The notes beneath the pieces were generated by a model, which worked only from the letters and a program-made list of their open reading frames with translations, was not told the origin of the DNA and ran no database searches. This document shows positions 56,444-64,000 of a DNA stretch of 64,000 nt, piece by piece (the first letter of the stretch is position 1; every line of letters starts with the position of its first letter). The position numbers were made by a program, and so were the translations under genes. Source of the stretch: Acidobacteriota bacterium (GTDB taxonomy: Bacteria > Acidobacteriota > Thermoanaerobaculia > Gp7-AA8); assembly GCA_019244185.1 (NCBI GenBank), contig JAFATB010000019.1, forward strand, positions 224,001-288,000, written 5' to 3'.

Positions 56444-56974
56444 GTGACGGAGCTCGAATACTGCGTTCTCGGGATCGTATGGGAAGGCGGACCGCTCACC
56501 GCGTATGAAGTGGCGAAGCCGTTCGCGGAGTCGCCGTCGTCGTACTGGAGCGGCAGCGCGGGCGCGATCTATCCGCTCGTGCGGCGGCTCGAGGAGAAAG
56601 GGTTCCTGCGCGGCAAGAGCGCGCAGTGGAACTCGCGCCGCAAGCGTGTGCTGACGATCACCGAACAGGGACTCGCCGCGTTGCGCGAATGGCTCGCGCC
56701 GCCGTTTCCGCCGTCGGCCGGCGCGGCGAGCTTCGATCCGATCCGCACGCGCGTCGTCTTCATCAACGCGTTGCCCGCGAAGGCGCGCGCACGCTTCTTC
56801 GACGACGCCGAGCGGGTCGTGCGCGAACAGCTCACCGGACTCGAAGAGCTCTACGCCGCGCAGCGCGAGACAGGCACGATGGCGCTCGACGCGCTGAGCA
56901 CGCTCGGCGGCATGCACGAGCTGCGCGCGCGCCTGGCGTGGCTCAGCGAAGTCCGTCGCGAGCTGTCGTCGTGA
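56444..56974 (+). CDS. PadR-family transcriptional regulator
   Basis: GPLTAYEV...YWSGSAGAIYPLVRRLEEKG...TITEQG...LREWL. Confidence 0.85.
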   Translation: MTELEYCVLGIVWEGGPLTAYEVAKPFAESPSSYWSGSAGAIYPLVRRLEEKGFLRGKSAQWNSRRKRVLTITEQGLAALREWLAPPFPPSAGAASFDPIRTRVVFINALPAKARARFFDDAERVVREQLTGLEELYAAQRETGTMALDALSTLGGMHELRARLAWLSEVRRELSS

Positions 56975-56993
56975 TCGCCGCTAGAATCCGGAC

Positions 56994-58265
56994 ATGCGTC
57001 ACCACGCATTTCCGGACGGCGTCACACGCGAGGGGCTGATCGACTGGTATCGCGCCACGCGCCGCCGCACGCGCGCGTTGTTCGACCTCATCCAGCCCGA
57101 CGCGTACTACGACCGCCCGATCGCCCTGCGCAATCCGGTCGTGTTCTACGAAGGCCACCTGCCGGCGTTCGCCGTCAACACGCTGATCAAGCTAGCGCTC
57201 AAACGCGACGGCATCGACGAGCGGCTCGAAACGCTGTTCGCGCGCGGCATCGATCCCGAGGACGAGGCGGCGGTGAAGAACCCGACCGATCTGTGGCCGT
57301 CACGCGATGACGTGCAGGCGTACGGTGCGCGCGCGGATGCGATGATCGAAGACGCGCTCGGCAACGCGACGCTCGAGCGCGACGACGTCCCGGAGCTGCG
57401 CGGCGGCGAGGCGGTGTTCACGGTGCTCGAGCACGAGCTCATGCATCAGGAGACGCTGCTCTACATGCTGCACAACCTGCCGTACGCGAAGAAGCGCACG
57501 ACGTCCGCGCCGGACGTCGACACGCGCGCCGCCGCGCCGCAGCAGCGCATCGCGATTCCGGCAGGACGCGCGACGCTCGGCGCCGCGCGCGATTCCGCGT
57601 TCGGCTGGGACAACGAGTTCGCGCGCATCACCGTCGACGTCGACGCGTTCTCCATCGACGCGCGCAACGTCACGAACGGCGACTACCTCGAATTCATGCA
57701 CGCCACCGGCGCGAACGCGCCGCACTTCTGGATGCGCGGCGACAACGGCGAATGGCTCTGGCGCGGATTGCTCGCGCCCGTGCCGCTGCCGCTCGACGCG
57801 CCGGTGTACGCGACGCACGACGAAGCCGCCGCGTACGCGCGGTGGAAGGGCGCGCGCCTGCCGACGGAAGCGGAGTATCACCGCGCGGCGTACGGCTCGC
57901 CCGACGGCGACGAACGCGCGCAGCCGTGGGGCGACGATGCGCCCGACGCCACGCGCGGCAACTTCGACTTCGCGAGCTACGAGCCGTTGGCGGCGGGCGC
58001 GCATCCGCGCGGCGCGAGCGCGTGGGGCGTGCTCGATCTCGTCGGCAACGGCTGGGAGTGGACGTCGACGACGTTCGACGCGTTCCCCGGCTTTCAGGCG
58101 ATGCCGTCGTATCTGCCGTACTCGACCGACTTCTTCGATGGCGCGCATTACGTGATGAAAGGCGCCTCGCCCGTCACCGCGCGCGAGCTCGTCCGCCGCA
58201 GCTTCCGCAACTGGTTCCGCCCGAACTACCCGTTTGTGTACGCGACGTTCCGCTGCGTGTATTAG
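56994..58265 (+). CDS. OvoA/EgtB-like sulfoxide synthase (DinB + FGE-sulfatase domains)
   Basis: LRNPVVFYEGH, HELMHQE iron motif, RLPTEAE, GNGWEW and RSFRNWF. Confidence 0.85.
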   Translation: MRHHAFPDGVTREGLIDWYRATRRRTRALFDLIQPDAYYDRPIALRNPVVFYEGHLPAFAVNTLIKLALKRDGIDERLETLFARGIDPEDEAAVKNPTDLWPSRDDVQAYGARADAMIEDALGNATLERDDVPELRGGEAVFTVLEHELMHQETLLYMLHNLPYAKKRTTSAPDVDTRAAAPQQRIAIPAGRATLGAARDSAFGWDNEFARITVDVDAFSIDARNVTNGDYLEFMHATGANAPHFWMRGDNGEWLWRGLLAPVPLPLDAPVYATHDEAAAYARWKGARLPTEAEYHRAAYGSPDGDERAQPWGDDAPDATRGNFDFASYEPLAAGAHPRGASAWGVLDLVGNGWEWTSTTFDAFPGFQAMPSYLPYSTDFFDGAHYVMKGASPVTARELVRRSFRNWFRPNYPFVYATFRCVY

Positions 58266-58301
58266 GCGCGTCAGGTGCGTGTTATGCACGCACCGCCCTT
58301 C

Positions 58302-58934
58302 ATGGAAACGAAGGTCTACAAACCCAAAACGTTCAACCTTTCCGGCCTCAACGGCATCTCCGACAAGACGCTGGAGATGCACTTCAAGCTCTACGAAGGC
58401 TACGTCTCGAACACGAACGTGCTGACGGAGAAGATCGCCGCGATTCTCTCCGACGGCCAAGTCGATCAGGACGAGATGCCGGCGTACTCCGAGCTCACGC
58501 GCCGCCTCGGCTTCGAGTACAACGGCATGGTCCTGCACGAGTACTACTTCGGGAACATGAAGCCGCAGGGCGGCGATGAGGCGCCGAAAGGCTCGCGCTT
58601 CCGCGCGGCGGTCGAGAAGAGCTTCCCGAGCTACGACATCTGGAAGACGGACTTCGTCGGCGTCGGCAAGATGCGCGGCGTCGGCTGGGCGATCTGCTTC
58701 CTCGATCCCGCGACCGGCAACGTCTCGAACCACTGGATCACGCTGCACGAGACCGGCAACGTCGCGGGCTTCGTTCCGCTCGTGGTGATGGACGTCTGGG
58801 AACACGCGTTCCTGCTCGACTACAAACCGGCCGAGCGGCCGAAGTACATCGAAGCGTTCCTCTCGAACATGGACTGGGACGCGGTGGAGTCGCGACTCGC
58901 GCAGCACGTGCCGGAGACGGCCGGCGCGCGCTGA
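58302..58934 (+). CDS. Fe/Mn superoxide dismutase family protein (ChrC-like subtype)
   Basis: MHFKLYEGYV, NGMVLHEYYF, GVGWA and MDVWEHAF. Confidence 0.9.
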   Translation: METKVYKPKTFNLSGLNGISDKTLEMHFKLYEGYVSNTNVLTEKIAAILSDGQVDQDEMPAYSELTRRLGFEYNGMVLHEYYFGNMKPQGGDEAPKGSRFRAAVEKSFPSYDIWKTDFVGVGKMRGVGWAICFLDPATGNVSNHWITLHETGNVAGFVPLVVMDVWEHAFLLDYKPAERPKYIEAFLSNMDWDAVESRLAQHVPETAGAR

Positions 58935-58976
58935 CCCGCGAAAACATTTCGCCCCGAGGCCTCGTATCTTGTTCCC

Positions 58977-59924
58977 ATGACGACGCTGATCGAGGTCTCG
59001 GGCCTCCGCAAGCAATACCGGTCGTCGTTCGGCAAGCCGCCGATCACGGCGCTCGACGGCATCGACTTCACGGTCGGTGAAGGCGAGCTGTTCGGCCTGC
59101 TCGGCCCCAACGGCGCCGGAAAAACGACAACCGTCAAAATTCTCCTCGGCCTCACGCGCGCGACCACCGGCCGCGCCGCGGTGTGCGGGCTTCCGGTCAG
59201 CGATCCCGAGTCGCGCCGCCGCGTCGGCTATCTGCCGGAAGGGCACAAGATCCCGAACTACCTCACCGCGCGCCAGGCGCTGTCGATCTTCGGCCGCATG
59301 TCGGGGATGGATTCCGGGGCGATCAAGGCGCGCATCCCGATGCTGCTCGAGCGCGTGCGCCTCTCGCAGTGGATCGACGTGCGCATCAAGAAGTTCTCGA
59401 AAGGCATGACTCAGCGCCTCGGGCTGGCGTGCGCGCTCATCCACTCGCCGCGGGTGCTGCTGCTCGACGAGCCGACCGACGGCGTCGATCCGGTCGGACG
59501 CCGCGAGATCCGCGATCTGCTGCGCGAGGAAGCGAAGCGCGGGGCGACCGTGCTGCTCAACTCGCACCTGCTCTCCGAAATCGAGCTGACCTGCGATCGC
59601 GTGGCGGTGCTGCGTAACGGCAAGGTCGCGGCGTTCGGCACCGTGGACGAGCTGACGCGCAAGAGCGCGTCCTACAAGATGGTCGCGACGCCGATCGACG
59701 ACAGCCTCGTGGCGGCGTTCCGCGAAACCGGTGCCGGCGTCGAGCGCGTCAACGGACACGTCGTGCTCTCCGTCACCGACCTCGCGCATCTCAACGCGCT
59801 CGTCGATCGCCTCCGCGCGAACGGCGGCGTCCTCAGCGAGCTGTCGCCGATGCGCTCGACGCTCGAGGACGTGTTCGTCGATCTCATTCGCGCGGAAGGC
59901 CGCGCCGAGGAGGTGCACCCGTGA
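58977..59924 (+). CDS. ABC transporter ATP-binding protein
   Basis: GPNGAGKTT, FSKGM, LLLDEP and SH. Confidence 0.95.
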   Translation: MTTLIEVSGLRKQYRSSFGKPPITALDGIDFTVGEGELFGLLGPNGAGKTTTVKILLGLTRATTGRAAVCGLPVSDPESRRRVGYLPEGHKIPNYLTARQALSIFGRMSGMDSGAIKARIPMLLERVRLSQWIDVRIKKFSKGMTQRLGLACALIHSPRVLLLDEPTDGVDPVGRREIRDLLREEAKRGATVLLNSHLLSEIELTCDRVAVLRNGKVAAFGTVDELTRKSASYKMVATPIDDSLVAAFRETGAGVERVNGHVVLSVTDLAHLNALVDRLRANGGVLSELSPMRSTLEDVFVDLIRAEGRAEEVHP

Positions 59925-60778
59925 AGGCGCTGGCCGCGAACATCGAAGACGTCTTCCGCGAGGCGGCAGCCCGCTGGACGTTAATCGCCTACTTTTTTCT
60001 GTCGACGATATTCATCATCATTTTTGCGTCTGCAATCAATCTCGATATTGTCAACGGGGCGCTCGCCGGAGCGAAGCTGTTCGGCAAGGAAGTGCAGATG
60101 GGCGGCGACAGCGGCCTCTCCATCGAGAAGCTCGTGCTCGGCTTCGAGGCCGGCTTCTCGGGCTTCCTCTACTTCCTGGCGACGTTCCTGGCGATCTTCG
60201 CCACGGCGCATCTCGTGCCGCGCATGCAGGAGAAGGGCACCATCGATCTCTACCTCTCGCGCCCAGTCGGACGCGTGAAGCTCCTGCTCTCGCGTTACAT
60301 CGCCGGGCTGCTGCTCGCGGGGAGCAATCTCGTTTATCTGATCGGCGCGATCTGGCTGATCGTCGCGTGGAAGACGCACGTGCTGCACGCTCGTTTTCTG
60401 CTCGGCGGCGCGATCATCTTTCTCGTGATCGCGGTGCTGCTCGCGTTCGCGTTCTTCATCGGCGTGTTCACGTCGTCGACCGCGGTCTCGATCATGGCCT
60501 CGTACGGCATCTTCTTCTTCGGCCTCATGCTGGCGGCGCACGAGCGCATCGCGGCGGCGGTGTCGAAGGAGTGGCAGGCCGCGCTCATCAACGGTTTGTA
60601 CTGGATCTTTCCCAAGACCGCGGAGCTGATGCAGGCGGTCGTGGCATTCGTCGGCGGCGAGCAGATGCCGGAGCAACTGCTGCGCAATCTAACTCCCGCT
60701 CCGTTCATCACCACCGCCGCGTTCGGCGTGGTCTGTCTCGTTCTGGCCTCGTGGCTCTTCACCCGAAAGGAGTTCTGA
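59921..60778 (+). CDS. ABC-2 type permease
   Basis: About six TM segments, EKGTIDLYLSRP motif, GTGA overlap. Confidence 0.88.
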   Translation: MKALAANIEDVFREAAARWTLIAYFFLSTIFIIIFASAINLDIVNGALAGAKLFGKEVQMGGDSGLSIEKLVLGFEAGFSGFLYFLATFLAIFATAHLVPRMQEKGTIDLYLSRPVGRVKLLLSRYIAGLLLAGSNLVYLIGAIWLIVAWKTHVLHARFLLGGAIIFLVIAVLLAFAFFIGVFTSSTAVSIMASYGIFFFGLMLAAHERIAAAVSKEWQAALINGLYWIFPKTAELMQAVVAFVGGEQMPEQLLRNLTPAPFITTAAFGVVCLVLASWLFTRKEF

Positions 60779-60783
60779 ACCTC

Positions 60784-61776
60784 ATGAACCGCAAACCGTT
60801 CCTCCGCCTGTCTCTCGCTCTCGCCGCGACGGCCGCGCTGGCGCTTCCCGCGCTGGCGAGTCCGGACGCGCTCGGACTCGTACCGCCGAACGCCGCCTCG
60901 GTCGGGATGGTGAAGCTGCGCGACATGCGCAGCAGCCCGCTCTCGTCGATGCTCTTCCAGCAGACCGACAAGATGTCCACCGACGGTGAAGCCGAGAAGT
61001 TCCTCACCGACGCCGGCCTCGCGCCGTCGAAGGACATCGACGTGCTCGTGGTCTCCACGACGCCGCGCACGAACCTCGGCTCGGACGCCGACGTGCTCGT
61101 CGCCGCCGAAGGCCGCTTCAACGCACAGCGCCTCACCAGCGCGCTCCTCTCGCGCGGCGCGGTGAAGAAGGGCGCGTACCTCCTGCTGCCGGACGATCAC
61201 GACGGCGACGCCAGCGACAGCGGCGCGGTGGCGTTCCCGAGCTCCTCGCTCGTGCTGGCGGGCAATGAGCGCGCGGTCGCCGCGGCGCTCGCCGCGTACG
61301 CGAACGGCGGCAGCGGCTTCCGTTCCGCCGGCGCGCTGGCGATGGACCTCAATCGCATCGACCGCAACGCCACGGCGTGGGCGCTCGTCGACGTCGCGCG
61401 CGCATCGCGTTTGGCCAAGACGAACGCGACGCCGACCGGCCACGGCCCCCAGGGCGCGGCGCTCGCGTCGGCGCTCAAGAGCCTCTCCACGATGGCCGTC
61501 TGGGCCACCGACACCGGCGACGCGCTGCAGCTCGGCGCGATCGGTCTCTCCAGCGACGGCGAGACGCTGCAGCTCATCGAAGACACCGTCCGCGGCGCGC
61601 TCTCCGCGCTGCGTCTCGCGGCGCAGGACAAGGCGCCGGAGATGGTCACCGTGCTGCGCCGCTTCGACGTCACGCGCAAGGACGACTCGATCCGCATCGA
61701 AGGCTCGATTCCCGCGAGCACGCTGCGCGACGTGATGGCGAAGAAGCACGCCAGCGTCAGCACCGGCACGAACTGA
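60784..61776 (+). CDS. Exported hypothetical protein
   Basis: Signal peptide MNRKPFLRLSLALAATAALALPALA; follows the permease after 5 bp. Confidence 0.75.
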   Translation: MNRKPFLRLSLALAATAALALPALASPDALGLVPPNAASVGMVKLRDMRSSPLSSMLFQQTDKMSTDGEAEKFLTDAGLAPSKDIDVLVVSTTPRTNLGSDADVLVAAEGRFNAQRLTSALLSRGAVKKGAYLLLPDDHDGDASDSGAVAFPSSSLVLAGNERAVAAALAAYANGGSGFRSAGALAMDLNRIDRNATAWALVDVARASRLAKTNATPTGHGPQGAALASALKSLSTMAVWATDTGDALQLGAIGLSSDGETLQLIEDTVRGALSALRLAAQDKAPEMVTVLRRFDVTRKDDSIRIEGSIPASTLRDVMAKKHASVSTGTN

Positions 61777-61840
61777 GTCTGCTCATCGACCAAGCCTGCG
61801 AGCTGTCGCGCATCGCGCGCGGCAGCTCGGGGGCACGCGG

Positions 61841-62548
61841 TCAAACGAAGCGCTTGAGGTGCTCGCGCCACCACGGCCAGTCGTGGCCGAAGACACCCGG
61901 CCAGACCTCGAGCACGTTCGGAATCCCCTTCGACCAGAGCAGCGCCGAGAAGTCGCGGTTCTCCTGAATCAGCGAGTCGTGTTCGCCGGTCGCGATGACC
62001 CAGCCGACACGCGAGAGCTTGCCCACCCATTCCGCGTTCATGTTCGGGATGTACGACACGGGATTGTGGAAGTAGCAGTTGTCGTCCCAGTAGCCGTCGA
62101 GGAACGAGCGGATGTCGTAGACGCCGGAGAAGCAGATGGCGCGGCTGACGACGTCCGGATAGCGCGCGGCGAAGTTCGCGGCGTGATACGCGCCGAAGCT
62201 CGCCCCGTAGACGACCAGATCTCCGCGCTGCGCGCGGTTGTAGATGTACGGCACCATCTCGTGGCGCAGGTACGCGTCGTACTGCGTGTGGCGCGCCGCA
62301 CGCACGGCGGGGTGGACGCTCTTGTTGTACCAGCTCTCGTTGTTGACGGTGTCAACCAGGACGAGCTGGATCTCGCCGGCGTCGACTTTCTCCGCCAGCG
62401 AGCCGGCCAGATGAAAGTCCTCGTTCTCGTAGTAGCGTCCGGACGACGTCGGAAACAGCAGCACCGGCCGGCCGAACTTCCCGAACCAGAGCGCCTCCAT
62501 GTCGCGTCCGAGGGAGGGTGAGTACCACTTCACGTATTCGCGATACAT
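61841..62548 (-). CDS. Esterase family alpha/beta hydrolase
   Basis: WYSPSLGRDM, GASFG nucleophile motif, HDWPWW. Confidence 0.88.
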   Translation of the reverse strand: MYREYVKWYSPSLGRDMEALWFGKFGRPVLLFPTSSGRYYENEDFHLAGSLAEKVDAGEIQLVLVDTVNNESWYNKSVHPAVRAARHTQYDAYLRHEMVPYIYNRAQRGDLVVYGASFGAYHAANFAARYPDVVSRAICFSGVYDIRSFLDGYWDDNCYFHNPVSYIPNMNAEWVGKLSRVGWVIATGEHDSLIQENRDFSALLWSKGIPNVLEVWPGVFGHDWPWWREHLKRFV

Positions 62549-62602
62549 AGATTGCCCGGAAGCGGGCGGATTCTATACGATCGCCCCCTTTTGGGAGACG
62601 AC

Positions 62603-63562
62603 ATGAGCAAGAAACGCATCGGCATCATCTTCGGTATGGAAGACACGTTCCCGTGGGCGCTGATCGAAGCGATCAACGCGCGCGGCGGAGACGATGTCGA
62701 GGCGGGACCCGCGGAGCTGTCCTTCCTGAAAGACGACGGCATCTTTCCGTACGACCTCATCCTCGACCGCATCAGCCACGAGGTGCCGTTCTACCGCACG
62801 TATCTGAAGTGCGCCGCGGCGTCGGGCGTGCGCGTCGTCAACAACCCGATCTGGTGGTCGGCCGACGACAAGTTCTTCGACAACCTCGTCGCGAAATCCG
62901 TCAATGTCGCGGTGCCGAAGACGGTGCTGCTCCCGCACAAACAGCATCCGCCCAACACCGAGGCGAAGTCGTTCCGCAACATGCGCTTCGTCAACTGGGA
63001 CGACGTCTTCGCGTACCTCGGCTGGCCGATCTTCATGAAGCCCGCGTACGGCGGCGGCTGGAAGGACGTGTACAAGGTGCACGACCCCGAGGAGTTCTTC
63101 GCCGCGTACGATCAGACCCGCGACCTCACGATGATGGCGCAGGAAGCGATCGAGTTCGAGCTCTACTACCGCTGCTACGTCCTCGGCCGCTCGCGCGTGC
63201 GCATCATGGCCTACGACCCGAAGGCGCCGTTCCACGAGCGCTACGTCAAGAATCCGCCGCCGATGAATCCGGAGTTCGAGGCGCGGATCCATCGCGACGC
63301 GCTCGCGCTCTGCGAGGGACTCGGCTACGACATGAACACCGTCGAGTTCGCGGTGCGCGGCGGCGTGCCGTACGCGATCGACTTCATGAACGCCGCGCCG
63401 GACGCCGACGTGCATTCCGTCGGCCAGGAAAACTTCGACTGGATGGTCACCAACATGGCCGAGGTGTTGCTGGAGATGGTGCGGGGCGAAAAGAAGTTCG
63501 AGCTGACCGGCAACTGGCCGCAGACGCTCAATGTGACCAAGGACGTCGCGACGCCCGTGTAA
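62603..63562 (+). CDS. ATP-grasp (RimK/glutathione synthetase-like) ligase
   Basis: DRISHE, NNP...DDKF, MKPAYGGGWK, QEAI and VEFA...IDFMN. Confidence 0.88.
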   Translation: MSKKRIGIIFGMEDTFPWALIEAINARGGDDVEAGPAELSFLKDDGIFPYDLILDRISHEVPFYRTYLKCAAASGVRVVNNPIWWSADDKFFDNLVAKSVNVAVPKTVLLPHKQHPPNTEAKSFRNMRFVNWDDVFAYLGWPIFMKPAYGGGWKDVYKVHDPEEFFAAYDQTRDLTMMAQEAIEFELYYRCYVLGRSRVRIMAYDPKAPFHERYVKNPPPMNPEFEARIHRDALALCEGLGYDMNTVEFAVRGGVPYAIDFMNAAPDADVHSVGQENFDWMVTNMAEVLLEMVRGEKKFELTGNWPQTLNVTKDVATPV

Positions 63563-63571
63563 ACTGCCGCC

Positions 63572-64000
63572 ATGCCACAGCCGACGTTCACTCTCGGGAT
63601 CGAGGAAGAGTTCCAGGTCATCGACCCCGTCACGCGCGAGCTGAAGTCGCACATTCAGGAGCTCTTCGCGGAAGGCGAGAAGCGCCTCAAGGAAGAGATC
63701 AAGCGGGAGATGCACGATCCCGTGATCGAGGTCGGCACGCCCATCTGCCGCAACGTGGCCGAGGCGCGGCGCGAGATCACGCGGCTGCGCAAGGAGATCA
63801 TCACGCTGACGCGCGACGCCGGACTGCGCATCGCGTCGGCGGGCACGCATCCGATCTCGCACTGGGCGAACGTGGCCATGACGTCGGCGCCGCGCTACGA
63901 CCAGATCCTGTACGAGCTGCAGATGCTCGCGCGCGCGAACCTCATCTTCGGCCTGCACGTGCACGTCGCGGTGGAAGACCCCGAAACGCGCATCGCGCTC
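63572..64000 (+). CDS. Carboxylate-amine ligase, YbdK/GCS2 family (partial, runs off window)
   Basis: FTLGIEEEFQVIDP, IEVGTPIC, AGTHP and IFGLHVHV. Confidence 0.9.
   Translation, partial: MPQPTFTLGIEEEFQVIDPVTRELKSHIQELFAEGEKRLKEEIKREMHDPVIEVGTPICRNVAEARREITRLRKEIITLTRDAGLRIASAGTHPISHWANVAMTSAPRYDQILYELQMLARANLIFGLHVHVAVEDPETRIAL

Overview
High-GC bacterial chromosome segment. Acidobacteriota (Thermoanaerobaculia-like) is my inference from gene content, not a measured assignment. Two tRNA-anchored mobile regions are visible. (1) 1-4850 is the right end of an element ending in a duplicated 3' half of tRNA-Pro(GGG). It carries a VirD4/TraD-like ATPase, a Replic_Relax-type relaxase and a long imperfect hairpin. 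(2) About 30078-45700 is a visibly less GC-rich island between tRNA-Ser(TGA) and tRNA-Ser(GCT). It holds an N-terminally truncated large serine recombinase, a double-Lrp-like/coiled-coil/ATPase-nuclease module preceded by TATA-like boxes, degenerate LexA-type S24 proteins each preceded by a 42-bp repeat, and a four-gene operon (MOSC, AurF-type diiron N-oxygenase, TIR-PAS-LuxR-nucleoside phosphorylase fusion, Gfo/Idh/MocA oxidoreductase). That operon is the best candidate for an undescribed system. The backbone contains an XRE/MmyB regulon with a visible palindromic operator, a UbiA gene next to a GT-C/class II terpene cyclase fusion, a four-domain sulfotransferase/glycosyltransferase, cdd, trmFO, a phosphoesterase, btuB with a cobalamin riboswitch, three amidohydrolases, an MglA-like GTPase, general-stress genes, an OvoA/EgtB-like enzyme, SOD, an ABC transporter and an esterase/ATP-grasp/YbdK cluster. 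All protein calls come from reading motifs by eye; no database searches were run.
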